Positions 9,810 through 22,229 of a stretch of DNA of 32,000 nt are shown here, in pieces. Position numbers and translations under genes: made by a program. The stretch lies in the sequence record BTPI01000021.1, one strand, 5' to 3'. Within the stretch, counting starts at the first letter, position 1. The number at the start of each line of letters is the position of its first letter. Under the pieces are notes generated by a model. It worked only from the letters and a program-made list of their open reading frames with translations, was not told the origin of the DNA and made no database searches.

Positions 9810-9916
9810 GTTGATAAAATCAAACTTTGTTTGATTTTATTTACAAGCCTTAGCTAGCAAGCTAGCTAAGGCTTGCTTGCTCCTTTGCCTTGCAAAGCAA
9901 GGGGCAAAGGCCAAGG
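9810..9916 (-). repeat. Composite dispersed repeat R3, inverted partial copy
   Basis: Reverse complement of the ccttggcctttgcccc...gcaagcaagccttagctagc...gtaaataaaatcaaac...ttatcaac unit found at 15616, 18388, 20430 and 31040. Confidence 0.8.
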
Positions 9917-10112
9917 TTCTCCGAACCCTTTGCCTTGCCTGTAAATAAAACTTTGTTTTATTTACTGACAAGGGCCAAAGGCAGTTTTATTATTGTAAAT
10001 AAAATAAAACACAGTTTGATTTTATCAACGACCTTTTGGTAGCCTAATTAAATTTCACAAAGTGAAATTTAATTAGGCTTAGAATAAAACTAGGTTTTAT
10101 TCTTACAAAAGA

Positions 10113-10288
10113 TATTTTTTATTAGTTGCCCTTTGTTGGACTAGCGAAGCAAGCCTTAGTTTAAAAGCGAAGCTTTTAAATAATGCTAGCTTCGCTAGCA
10201 AAGGCAAAACAAAGTTTTGTCTTACCGCAGGGTTGTAAATAAAATTAAACTTCGTTTGATTTTATCAACGACTGCGCTACTGCGCTAC
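10113..10288 (+). repeat. Composite dispersed repeat R1, copy 3
   Basis: tattttttattagttgccctttgttggactagcgaagc...gactgcgctactgcgctac; collinear with copies 1 and 2. Confidence 0.9.
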
Positions 10289-10788
10289 TAAACTTTGTAA
10301 AATGAGCAAAGCTATAGTTTAGTAGAGCAAAGCTAAATTTATATTTAATAAATACATTTAAACAATTTTAATCGTTATACATTGAAATTATAGATTGTTA
10401 TCTCGTACCAAAAAGTTATGAGTATAAAAATATAAGTTTTTAAAAAATGTTTAAAAAACGAACTATTTTGAAAAAAATATAAAAAAATTTATTTGATAAA
10501 GTAAGCTATCATTAAGCTAAATAAAGCTTGACAAGTTAATCTGGTAGTTATTTGCTAAATAAAAAATTTATAAAAGCGAAGACTTTTTTGATTATATGAC
10601 AAAGCAAAAAGTAAAGCTAAGTCCACTTCGTTAGTCAAAAACTACTTATACGGTAAAAAGTTAAAAAAAATAGAAATATTTTTTAAATTTAACGAAAAAG
10701 CTTACTTAGGTATCACAGTCAACCTTAATTTTAAGTTTTACTTAAAATTTAAAAGGTTGAAAAAATAAAATTTATAAGCAAAAAAAAC

Positions 10789-10793
10789 GGAGG
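10789..10793 (+). promoter_or_regulatory. Shine-Dalgarno-like GGAGG upstream of psaB
   Basis: GGAGG lies 14 nt before the psaB ATG at 10808. Confidence 0.3.
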
Positions 10794-10807
10794 ATTTCCA
10801 AAAAACT

Positions 10808-13012
10808 ATGGCAACAAAGTTTCCAAAATTTAGCCAAGGTCTGGCACAAGATCCTACTACTCGGCGAATTTGGTATGGAATCGCAACTGCACATGATTTT
10901 GAAAGTCATGATGGTATAACTGAAGAAAATCTTTATCAAAAGATTTTCGCATCTCATTTTGGACAATTAGCAATTATTTTCTTGTGGACATCAGGAAATC
11001 TTTTTCATGTTGCTTGGCAAGGGAATTTTGAACCATGGGTACAAGATCCTTTACATGTTAGACCAATTGCGCATGCTATTTGGGATCCACATTTTGGGCA
11101 GCCGGCTGTTGAAGCCTTTACACGTGGAGGAGCAAGTGGTCCAGTAAATATTTCGACTTCTGGTGTATATCAATGGTGGTATACTATTGGTTTACGAACT
11201 AATCAAGATCTATACAATGGTTCGCTATTCCTTATTATTGGCTCAGCAGTATTTTTATTCGCTGGTTGGCTTCATTTACAACCAAAATTTCAGCCTTCGC
11301 TATCTTGGTTTAAAAATGCTGAATCAAGATTAAATCACCATTTAGCTGGATTATTTGGTGTAAGCTCTTTAGCTTGGACTGGACATTTAGTACATGTTGC
11401 AATTCCTGAATCTCGTGGTTACCATGTTCGCTGGAATAATTTTTTAACAACATTACCACACCCTCAAGGTTTAACTCCTTTTTTTACTGGAAATTGGGCG
11501 GCATATGCTCAGAATCCAGATACTTCAAGCCATCTTTTCAGCAAATCTGATGGTTCAGGTGATGCTATCTTAACTTTTTTAGGCGGATTTCACCCACAAA
11601 CTCAAAGTCTTTGGTTAACAGATATTGCACATCATCATTTAGCTATTGCAGTTGTGTTTATTCTAGCAGGGCATATGTATAGAACAAATTTTGGTATTGG
11701 GCATAGTATACAAGAAATTCTTGATGCTCATACACCACCAGCAGGTGGCCTTGGTGCTGGTCATAAAGGGCTATTTGATACTCTTAATAATTCATTACAT
11801 TTTCAGTTAGGATTAGCCTTAGCTTCTGTTGGAACAATTTGTTCATTGGTAGCTCAACATATGTATTCATTATCACCATATGCGTTTTTAGCTCAAGATT
11901 TTACAGCGCAAGCAGCTTTATATACACATCATCAATATATTGCTGGCTTTATATTATGTGGAGCTTTTGCTCACGGAGCAATTTTCTTTATTCGCGATTA
12001 TGATCCTGAACAAAATAAAGGAAATGTTTTAGCTCGGATTTTAGATCATAAAGAAGCTATAATTTCTCATTTAAGTTGGGCAAGTTTATTTTTAGGATTT
12101 CACACATTAGGTTTATATGTTCATAATGATGTTGTTCAAGCTTTTGGAACTCCTGAAAAACAAATTTTAATTGAGCCGGTATTTGCACAATGGATTCAAT
12201 CTGCTCATGGAAAAACACTTTATGGGTTTGATTTATTGCTGTCGTCATCAGCAAGTCCTGCTTTTACTGCAAGTCAAAGCTTATGGTTACCTGGATGGCT
12301 AGATGCAATTAATAATAATACTAATTCATTATTTTTAACTATTGGTCCTGGTGATTTTCTTGTACATCATGCAATTGCTCTTGGTCTTCACACTACAACC
12401 TTAATTTTAGTGAAAGGAGCTCTAGATGCACGTGGATCAAAACTTATGCCAGATAAAAAAGATTTTGGATATAGTTTCCCATGTGATGGTCCTGGACGTG
12501 GTGGAACATGTGATATTTCTGCATGGGATGCTTTTTATCTTGCTGTTTTTTGGATGTTAAATACTATAGGATGGACAACATTTTATTGGCATTGGAAACA
12601 TCTGGGCATTTGGCAAGGCAATGTTAATCAATTTAATGAAAGTAGTACATACATTATGGGGTGGCTACGAGATTATTTATGGTTAAACTCGTCACAGTTA
12701 ATTAATGGCTATAATCCATTCGGGATGAATAGTTTATCTGTTTGGGCTTGGACATTTTTATTTGGACACCTTGTATGGGCAACTGGATTTATGTTTTTAA
12801 TTAGTTGGCGTGGATATTGGCAAGAACTTATTGAAACACTAGCATGGGCTCATGAGCATACACCATTAGCTAATTTAGTTGGATGGAGAGACAAACCTGT
12901 AGCTTTAAGTATTGTGCAAGCTCGATTAGTAGGGTTAGCACATTTTTCCGTTGGCTATATTTTTACATATGCAGCTTTCTTAATTGCTTCTACTTCAGGT
13001 AAATTTGGATAA
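10808..13012 (+). CDS. psaB: Photosystem I P700 apoprotein A2
   Basis: Intact 734-aa [38 protein letters not shown] and [18 protein letters not shown] are typical of PsaB. Confidence 0.97.
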   Translation: MATKFPKFSQGLAQDPTTRRIWYGIATAHDFESHDGITEENLYQKIFASHFGQLAIIFLWTSGNLFHVAWQGNFEPWVQDPLHVRPIAHAIWDPHFGQPAVEAFTRGGASGPVNISTSGVYQWWYTIGLRTNQDLYNGSLFLIIGSAVFLFAGWLHLQPKFQPSLSWFKNAESRLNHHLAGLFGVSSLAWTGHLVHVAIPESRGYHVRWNNFLTTLPHPQGLTPFFTGNWAAYAQNPDTSSHLFSKSDGSGDAILTFLGGFHPQTQSLWLTDIAHHHLAIAVVFILAGHMYRTNFGIGHSIQEILDAHTPPAGGLGAGHKGLFDTLNNSLHFQLGLALASVGTICSLVAQHMYSLSPYAFLAQDFTAQAALYTHHQYIAGFILCGAFAHGAIFFIRDYDPEQNKGNVLARILDHKEAIISHLSWASLFLGFHTLGLYVHNDVVQAFGTPEKQILIEPVFAQWIQSAHGKTLYGFDLLLSSSASPAFTASQSLWLPGWLDAINNNTNSLFLTIGPGDFLVHHAIALGLHTTTLILVKGALDARGSKLMPDKKDFGYSFPCDGPGRGGTCDISAWDAFYLAVFWMLNTIGWTTFYWHWKHLGIWQGNVNQFNESSTYIMGWLRDYLWLNSSQLINGYNPFGMNSLSVWAWTFLFGHLVWATGFMFLISWRGYWQELIETLAWAHEHTPLANLVGWRDKPVALSIVQARLVGLAHFSVGYIFTYAAFLIASTSGKFG

Positions 13013-13123
13013 AAAAATCAATATTTAAGTAAACTATATAGTTTAAATTAAATAAATGGCACCACTAATTTACTTCGTTAGTAAGTTAATACTTTGTAGA
13101 AATTTTTATTTTATCAACTACCC

Positions 13124-13177
13124 TTGATTATTATGTGTGTTGTCAATTAGGTGATTGACAACACACATAATAATCAA
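13124..13177. terminator. Perfect 24-bp stem, 6-nt loop hairpin 3' of psaB (candidate mRNA 3' end or stability element)
   Basis: ttgattattatgtgtgttgtcaat-taggtg-attgacaacacacataataatcaa, 112 nt after the psaB stop; not a member of the dispersed repeat families. Confidence 0.5.
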
Positions 13178-13769
13178 CTGTATTTCGACAAATTGTCAAT
13201 GACTAATAAATTTGACTTTATTGGATAAAACTTCTTTTAAATCAAGAACTCTGAAAGCTCAGTTTTGGTATTGTGGGCAATCAATAATACATTATTTAAT
13301 AAATGAAGTGGGGAAAAAATGAAAACACATATAATAATCTTGACATTAAATTTAAACGCCCAGCAATATTTATATTTTTTAGTAAGGATTAAATAATGTT
13401 AACTCCACTATACAAAAAAAAATACTATTAAGATAAAGTAGTTTATATAAAATAAAAATAAAATGGTGAGAAAAAACAAAGTTTTTTCTTACCTTTGAAA
13501 ACAAGCAGAGCTTGTTTTCTTAGAACGCCTATAAATAATTAGATATTTATAAATTTTATAATTTCATAAATTATTTGGTATTTGTTAGTAAATAAAGCTT
13601 TCTTTACTAACAAAATAAGTTTTTTGCAAATATAAGAAATGAAATATACACAAATATAAACACTTATTTCTCTAAAATTGTTTTTTATCAACCTATATTG
13701 AACTTAAGTTGAAATTAAACTTATTTAAATTTTATGTGTTTGTTGTTATTTAATTTTATTTTTTTATAT

Positions 13770-13805
13770 ATTTGAAACTACATTTCTGGAAATGTAGTTT
13801 CAAAT
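13770..13805. terminator. 17-bp perfect hairpin 3' of the minus-strand rbcL-ORF261-ORF217 block
   Basis: atttgaaactacatttc-tg-gaaatgtagtttcaaat, 84 nt beyond the ORF217 stop on the minus strand. Confidence 0.45.
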
Positions 13806-13888
13806 CTCTTTTTTACCTGTAATCATCCGTAATGAAAAAAATTTTTGATGAAAAAATTTTTTCGTACTTAAATTTCTAATTTTAAAAC

Positions 13889-14542
13889 TTAGCTTACATT
13901 TTTTTCTAAATAATTTATAACTTTATCTAATTTTTTTTCTTCATAACAAAGATCTATTAATTGTTTAGCTTTATCTTCTTCAACTTCTATATAGAGTAAG
14001 ATACTAAGTAAAGTTTGTTTATATTGAGAATTTTTATATATATAGTGATATACTTTAGACGTTAACGATCTAAAACCAAAGGTAAATTCTTCAAAAATTC
14101 CTTTTTTATACTCTAAAAAAAAATTTTCTCGTTTTATTAAAGATAAAACTTCAGACGAAAATCTCGGACTTAACAAATAAAAAAATACGTTTCGCCAACC
14201 TCCTGGAAGGTTAGCATCCTTTCTAGCTAAACAATACTTTATGCCGTAACAAACTAAAGTAATATATGATATATTGTCGAAATTAAAAATTTCATTTTTA
14301 TTTTTGAAGTAAAGTTTTTCTTCAAAAATAAAAAAATCCTCGTAATACACAAAATTAATTATATCTTTTTGTTTTTCATTTCTTACCAAATCATCATGTT
14401 CAACTAGCAACTGTAATAATGAAACGTGATATATACCAAAACAAAAAAGATCGGTAATTAACCCATGATCAAATGGCCAAACACGATCAAACTCTTTTAT
14501 TGGAAAGTTTTTACTATTTCTAATATTTTTATAATTAATCAT
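13889..14542 (-). CDS. Hypothetical protein (ORF217), no recognisable family
   Basis: Intact 217-aa ORF with ATG start and TAA stop. Same strand as rbcL and directly after ORF261. Lies outside the repeat clusters. Confidence 0.55.
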   Translation of the reverse strand: MINYKNIRNSKNFPIKEFDRVWPFDHGLITDLFCFGIYHVSLLQLLVEHDDLVRNEKQKDIINFVYYEDFFIFEEKLYFKNKNEIFNFDNISYITLVCYGIKYCLARKDANLPGGWRNVFFYLLSPRFSSEVLSLIKRENFFLEYKKGIFEEFTFGFRSLTSKVYHYIYKNSQYKQTLLSILLYIEVEEDKAKQLIDLCYEEKKLDKVINYLEKNVS

Positions 14543-14574
14543 AAATTTTTTTTAATTTTTAATGAAGAAGTATA

Positions 14575-14611
14575 TACTTAGTGTATAGACATGTTTTATA
14601 CACACTAAGTA
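14575..14611. other. Hairpin in the 77-nt spacer between ORF261 and ORF217
   Basis: tacttagtgt...acactaagta 10-bp stem with an additional inner ATA/TAT pairing. Confidence 0.5.
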
Positions 14612-14619
14612 ATCAAAAT

Positions 14620-15405
14620 TTAATTTTCATTTAAGTTTGAATTTTCGCTAATTACATCATCACTAATAATATCGTTATCCTCTGTTTCAGAATTTTCATG
14701 AATTTGACTTTGATTTAATATATTTTTATATTCTTCGCCTTCGGTTTGATTCAAACTTTCGTCTGAGCGTAGAATCTTAAAAGGTGATACATACATTGCT
14801 TTAAACCCATGATGTTTAAATAATTCATTATAAAAACGTATGTCGGAAAAAAATTTTACAAGGTCGGAACTAGTTGGATTTGATACAACTTGAGGTAATA
14901 AAGATGATTTATCTTTCAGTTTTTTAATAAATTCTATTTTCTTACTTCTTATTTCTTGTTGTGTTAGAACAGAAGGTGCTTGAGGACTTGAGGTTTCTGC
15001 TATAACAGGTTTGGAAAACGTTTCTTCTAATGGATTATCCATGACAAATAACGAGTTATCCAAACTGATTAAATCACTTACCGTTAAGGAAATTAGGTTT
15101 TGAAAATCATATTCAATCATACCATCTAGTTGCTCCTTTTCAGAAATAATATCTGGATCAGTTAATGAATTTTCATTATAAATTAATTCTATCAATCTGA
15201 GTACTGTATTTTTATGCTGAACTACATTTATTAATCCGTCACAAATTTTTTGTGACTCAGGTATGATATTTCTCGAATCTGAATTTCGTATTTTTTTTAA
15301 AGTCTGGTTCAATAAATGAAATCGAATGTTTAAATCTAAAATTATAAGTAAATAAGAAGAAGGTTGATTCATCATAGAAGACATTCCATATTTTTGATTC
15401 ATCAT
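14620..15405 (-). CDS. Hypothetical protein (ORF261) with an acidic, Ser/Asn-rich C-terminus; no recognisable family
   Basis: Intact 261-aa ORF with TAA stop. The N-terminus contains a 12-nt direct repeat, atgatgaatcaa, at 15405-15394 and 15375-15364. Confidence 0.55.
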   Translation of the reverse strand: MMNQKYGMSSMMNQPSSYLLIILDLNIRFHLLNQTLKKIRNSDSRNIIPESQKICDGLINVVQHKNTVLRLIELIYNENSLTDPDIISEKEQLDGMIEYDFQNLISLTVSDLISLDNSLFVMDNPLEETFSKPVIAETSSPQAPSVLTQQEIRSKKIEFIKKLKDKSSLLPQVVSNPTSSDLVKFFSDIRFYNELFKHHGFKAMYVSPFKILRSDESLNQTEGEEYKNILNQSQIHENSETEDNDIISDDVISENSNLNEN

Positions 15406-15615
15406 GATAATAGAATCTTCACTTACAAACTCAAAAGCTATTGTAAATTGTCTTAAAAATTTATGTTTTTGGTCCTTTGTTAACTTAGTTTTATTTTATT
15501 TACAATAATAAAAAATACTTTGCAGGGATTATAAAAAATACTGTGTATTTTTTATAATCCCTGCAAAGCATTTTTTATTATTACTTCGTTACAAAAATCT
15601 TTTATTTTTGCTTAA

Positions 15616-15752
15616 CCTTGGCCTTTGCCCCTTGTCAGTAAATAAAACAAAGTTTTATTTACAGGCAAGGGGCAAAGGAGCAAGCAAGCCTTAGCTAGCT
15701 TGCTAGCTTCAGGCTTGCTTCGCTAGAAAACAAACAAAGTTTTTTTTCTTAG
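15616..15752 (+). repeat. Composite dispersed repeat R3 copy between rbcL and ORF261
   Basis: ccttggcctttgccccttgtcagtaaataaaac...gcaaaggagcaagcaagccttagctagcttgctagcttcaggcttg... Confidence 0.85.
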
Positions 15753-15761
15753 AAATGAAAA

Positions 15762-17189
15762 TTATAATTTATCAATAGTATCAAATTCAAATTTAATTTC
15801 TTTCCAAACTTCACATGCAGCAGCTAATTCAGGACTCCATTTGCAAGCAGCACGGATAACGTCTCCACCTTCACGAGCAAGGTCACGTCCTTCATTACGA
15901 GCTTGCGTACAAGCTTCTAATGCTACACGGTTTGCAGCTGCACCAGGTGCGTTACCCCAAGGGTGACCTAAAGTACCACCACCAAATTGTAAACAAGCAT
16001 CATCACCAAAAATTTCTACTAAAGCTGGCATGTGCCATACATGAATACCACCTGAAGCTACCGGCATTACACCAGGAAGAGATACCCAATCTTGAGTGAA
16101 ATAAATACCACGGCTACGATCTTTTTCAATATAATCATCACGCATTAAATCTACGAAACCTAAAGTTACTTCACGTTCACCTTCTAGTTTTCCTACAACA
16201 GTTCCAGAATGAAGGTGATCTCCACCAGACATACGAAGAGCTTTTGCTAAAACACGGAAGTGCATACCATGGTTTCTTTGGCGGTCAATTACAGCATGCA
16301 TTGCTCTGTGAATATGAAGTAATAATCCATTATCACGACAGAAATGTGCTAAAGTTGTGTTTGCAGTAAACCCACCAGTAATATAATCATGCATAATAAT
16401 TGGAACACCAAGATCTTTAGCAAGTTGTGCACGCTTCATCATTTCATCAACAGTTCCAGCAGTAGCGTTTAAATAATGACCTTTAATTTCACCTGTTTCA
16501 GCTTGAGATTTATAAAGAGCTTCTGCTACGAATAAGAAACGATCTCTCCAACGCATAAATGGTTGAGAATTTACGTTTTCATCATCTTTTGTGAAATCTA
16601 AACCACCACGTAAACATTCATAAACTGCTCGACCGTAGTTTTTAGCTGAAAGACCTAATTTAGGCTTAATTGTACAACCTAAAAAACCACGACCATATTT
16701 GTTTAATTTGTCACGTTCTACTTGAATTCCGTGAGGAGGTCCTTGGAAAGTTTTAGTGTATGCTGGTGGAATACGTAAATCTTCAAGACGTAGTGCACGA
16801 AGAGCTTTAAAACCAAATACGTTTCCTACGATAGATGTAAATAAGTTTGTTACAGATCCTTCTTCAAATAAATCTAAAGGATATGCAACATATGCAATGT
16901 ATTGATTATCTTCACCTGCAACAGGTTCGATATCATAACAACGTCCTTTATATTTATCTAAACTAGTTAATCCATCTGTCCATACAGTAGTCCAAGTACC
17001 AGTTGAAGATTCAGCTGCAACTGCCGCACCACATTCCTCTGCTGGAACACCAGATTGAGGAGTCATACGAAAAGCTGCCAGAACATCAGTTTCTTTTACT
17101 TGATAATCTGGAGTGTAATAAGTTAATCGGTAATCTTTTACACCTGCTTTGAAGCCAGCACCGGCTTTAGTTTCAGTTTGTGGAGCCAT
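15762..17189 (-). CDS. rbcL: RuBisCO large subunit
   Basis: Intact 475-aa [32 protein letters not shown]...; canonical form I RbcL. Confidence 0.98.
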   Translation of the reverse strand: MAPQTETKAGAGFKAGVKDYRLTYYTPDYQVKETDVLAAFRMTPQSGVPAEECGAAVAAESSTGTWTTVWTDGLTSLDKYKGRCYDIEPVAGEDNQYIAYVAYPLDLFEEGSVTNLFTSIVGNVFGFKALRALRLEDLRIPPAYTKTFQGPPHGIQVERDKLNKYGRGFLGCTIKPKLGLSAKNYGRAVYECLRGGLDFTKDDENVNSQPFMRWRDRFLFVAEALYKSQAETGEIKGHYLNATAGTVDEMMKRAQLAKDLGVPIIMHDYITGGFTANTTLAHFCRDNGLLLHIHRAMHAVIDRQRNHGMHFRVLAKALRMSGGDHLHSGTVVGKLEGEREVTLGFVDLMRDDYIEKDRSRGIYFTQDWVSLPGVMPVASGGIHVWHMPALVEIFGDDACLQFGGGTLGHPWGNAPGAAANRVALEACTQARNEGRDLAREGGDVIRAACKWSPELAAACEVWKEIKFEFDTIDKL

Positions 17190-17403
17190 TTATTTTACAA
17201 AATTGTCAAAAATTGTTACGATCATATAATCTACCCGTTTCAAACTAAACAATATTTTTGAAAAAAAAACATACAACAAAGTTATATGTTCTTCAGAAAA
17301 CAAGCTTTGCTTGTTTTCCTTTTGCTAATAAAAAGCAAATTTTTTCTAAAAAAATAAGCAAAGCTTGTTTTAACTTTGCTAATAAAAACTTTGCAATAAA
17401 TTT

Positions 17404-17580
17404 GTAGCGCAGTAGCGCAGTCGTTGATAAAATCAAACGAAGTTTGATTTTATTTACAACCCTGCGGTAAGACAAAACTTTGTTTTGCCTTTGCTAGCGA
17501 AGCTAGCATTATTTAAAAGCTTCGCTTTTAAACTAAGGCTTGCTTCGCTAGTCCAACAAAGGTAAACTAATAAAAAATAC
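17404..17580 (-). repeat. Composite dispersed repeat R1, copy 4 (inverted)
   Basis: gtagcgcagtagcgcagtcgttgataaaatcaaacgaagtttgattttatttacaaccctgcggtaagac... is the reverse complement of copies 1-3. Confidence 0.9.
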
Positions 17581-18387
17581 CTTTTGTAAGAATAAAACTA
17601 GGTTTTATTCTTACAAAAGGTATTTTTTATAATAGGTATTATTAAATTTCACTTTGTGAAATTTAATTAGGCTTAGAATAAAACTATGTTTTATTCTTAC
17701 AAAAGCTACTTTCTACAAATTTTTATTAGCAAAAAAAAAACATTGATTAGTTTTTTTATAATTAAATAAAATTATAACATGTATTAAAAAAAACTTTTTT
17801 TTACTAAAAAATCTAAATTTAGAACTTGTTTTTAATATTACTAAAAACATATTTATTTTTATACAAAAATTATATCGTAAAATAAAAAATTTTTATAAAA
17901 ATTTTTTAGTAATTATTTTTTTATTTCAAAGTTTAAAGTAAAGCAATAGCAAAACAACTATGTAGTCTATTACCAAAGAGTGGCCTATCAATTAACCAAG
18001 TAAGTTCTTAACAACTTACTTGGTTATGTGTTTGATAAAATAAAAATTTTATTTACAACTTATTTTTCCTTTGCTAATAAAAACGAAGTTTTTATTAGCA
18101 AAAAAGCAAACTAGCTCTATTCAAAAGCGAAGCTTTTGAATTAAGAATTGCCTTTGCCTAACGTTTTTGTATACAAAAACCTGGCATACAACTTGGTTAT
18201 ATGCTTGGAAGTAAGGTTGTAAAAAACGAAGTTTTTTACTACCCTAATAAAAAAAGCCTATAAAAAAAACATAGTTTTTTTTATTGACTTGTTTTCCAAG
18301 GTTCTCCGAACCCTTGTCAGTAAATAAAACTTTGTTTTATTTACAGGTTATAAAAACTTCGTTTTTATTAGCAAAGGGTTCGGAGAA

Positions 18388-18524
18388 CCTTGGCCTTTGC
18401 CCCTTGCTTTGCAAGGCAAAGGAGCAAGCAAGCCTTAGCTAGCTTACTAGCTTCAGGCTTGTAAATAAAATCAAACAAAGTTTTATTTTATCAACTAGAA
18501 AACAAACAAAGTTTGTTTTCTTAG
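18388..18524 (+). repeat. Composite dispersed repeat R3 copy
   Basis: ccttggcctttgccccttgctttgcaaggcaaaggagcaagcaagccttagctagcttactagcttcaggcttgtaaataaaatc... Confidence 0.85.
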
Positions 18525-20429
18525 AGTTGATAAAATAAACTTTAGTTTATTTTATTTACTAGCTGCTAACGTTTTTGTATACAAAAACCTGACATACAAC
18601 AAAGTTGTATGTTTGGAAGTAAGTAGTAAACAACTTACTCCGTCAGTTGGTTTACTACAGGCTTGTAAATAAAATCAAACTTTGTTTGATTTTATCAACT
18701 AGTAAATGAAATGAAATGAACTAAAATTCTAAGAAAACAAGCTCTGCTTTTTTTCCCTTTGCTAATAAAAACGAAGTTTTTATAACAAAGCAAGGGAACA
18801 TACAACGTTTTGAAAAAACCTGACATACAACTTCCCTAACGAAGTAAGGTTGGACAAAACTTTGTTTTGTCCTACCCTTTGCTAATAAAAACGAAGTTTT
18901 TATAACCTGTAAATAAAACAAAGTTTTATTTACTGACAAGGGTTCAGAGAACTTTATAAAACAAGCTTAGGTTGTTTTATTAGGAACATACAACTTCGTT
19001 GTATTAAAAAGTTTTCGTTTTTAATTAAAAATTGTTCCATTATCTTAACTACACAAACAAAACTTTTATACATAAATTAAAGGTCGGAAACAACCTTGTT
19101 TTTATAATAAACAAACTGGTAAAGACGATTTTACTTTGTTGCGCCGTCGCTAGGAAAAGTTAGAATTTATTCATTATTTACATTTGATAAAATACAAGTA
19201 CTTCGTTTGAATATGTATTAATAATATGATATAATTTATTTGATAAACATTAATAATAAAACAAATAAAAAACATAAATTGACAATTAATCATATTTACA
19301 TTGCTTGTGTAAAGAAAAATTTAATTGTAAAAAAACTAATAAAGAAGTTCACTTTGATTAGTTAATTTTATCAATTCTAAGAAAACAAGCAAATCTTGTT
19401 TTCCCTTTGCTAATAAAAACGAAGTTTTTATAACCTATAAAAAAACTATGTTTTTTTATTGACAAGGGTTCTTGCAAAAATCTTTGATTTTTGCTAAACC
19501 TTTTCAAAAAAGCTTTGCTTGTTTTATTAGGAAGGTTTAGTAGCGCAGTCGCGAAGCAACCCTGCGGGTCGCTTGCGACCAAAGGTCAACCTTGCAGGTA
19601 TTATTAAATTTCACTTTGTGAAATTTAATTAGGCTACCAAAAGGCCCCTTGGTAACGAAGTTACCTGTTATAAAAAATACTTTGTAGCGCAGCAATAATA
19701 AAAAATACAAAGTATTTTTTATAACAGGTATTATTAAATTTCACAAAGTGAAATTTAATTAGGCTACCAAAAGGTATTTTTTATTAGTTACTTTGTTACA
19801 AAAATCAAAGATTTTTGCAAGAACCCTTCGCTAATAAAAAATAAAGACGAAGTTTTCTAGCGAAGCAAGCCTGTAGTGAAACAACTGACGAAGTAAGTTG
19901 TTTACTACTTACTTCCAAACATACAACTTTGCGATAAGTTTGTACCTTGTACAAATTGTATGTCAGGTTTTTGTATACAAAAACGTTAGCAGCTAGCTTG
20001 CTAGCAAAGGCTGCTTCGCTCACAAAGCAAGTTAGAAAAGCGCTTGCTTGTTTATAAAAAACTTTGTTTTTATTAGCAAAACAGTAAGCAAGTTTTTGTT
20101 AGTTTGATAGTTGTAGATTTGTTTCGTTAATAAATAAAATAAATAAAAAGTTTTATTTTATTAACTATTTATTTCGTTATTTCGTTGGCAATAAAAAATA
20201 TTTTTATTTCGTATATAATTAAACAAATATTAAAATAATTACAATATTATGTATTTAGCTTTTTACTAAATATATATTAAGTAATAGGCTAGTAGTGGAT
20301 AAAAAAGTTTTTGCAAAAATCTTTGATTTTTGCAAGAACCCTACGGCAGGCTTGCTTTGCTTTTTTGCTAATAAAAACTTCGTTTTTATTAGCAAAGGCT
20401 TCTTGTAAAAATCTTTGATTTTTACTGAA

Positions 20430-20612
20430 CCTTGGCCTTTGCCCCTTGTCAGTAAATAAAACTTTGTTTTATTTACAGGTTATAAAAACTTCGTTTTTAT
20501 TAGCAAAAGAGCAAGCAAGCCTTAGCTAGCTTGCTAGCTTCAGGCTTGTAAATAAAATCAAACTTTGTTTGATTTTATCAACTAGAAAATAAACTTTGTT
20601 TATTTTCTTAGG
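20430..20612 (+). repeat. Composite dispersed repeat R3 copy with an internal module swap
   Basis: Same ends as 31040-31203, but the caaggcaaagg segment is replaced by the ttataaaaacttcgtttttattagcaaa hairpin module. Confidence 0.85.
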
Positions 20613-20744
20613 AAAACAAGCAAAGTTTACTTTTTTTAAGGGCGAAAGCTAAGCTTCTAATAATCCTTATTTTGTTAGAAAAATTTCGTTTTTTTTTACA
20701 AAATATAAACTTTATTCATAAATAACTATATCATTAATTTTTAA

Positions 20745-22229
<1,485 letters not shown>

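Noticed and set aside
17190-17290. rbcL promoter call (TTGAAA ... TATATGAT upstream of the rbcL ATG on the minus strand). Similar -35/-10 guesses were considered upstream of psaA (5842-5871) and psaB (10528-10560).
   Set aside because: Spacing between the putative -35 and -10 boxes is non-canonical (11 or 18-22 nt). AT-rich sequence produces many such matches, so they are not supportable without 5'-end data.
17290-20620. CRISPR-like array or other prokaryotic defence locus within the dense repeats.
   Set aside because: The repeats are heterogeneous palindromic modules without constant-length unique spacers. There is no cas or other defence gene, and the whole context is a plastid genome.
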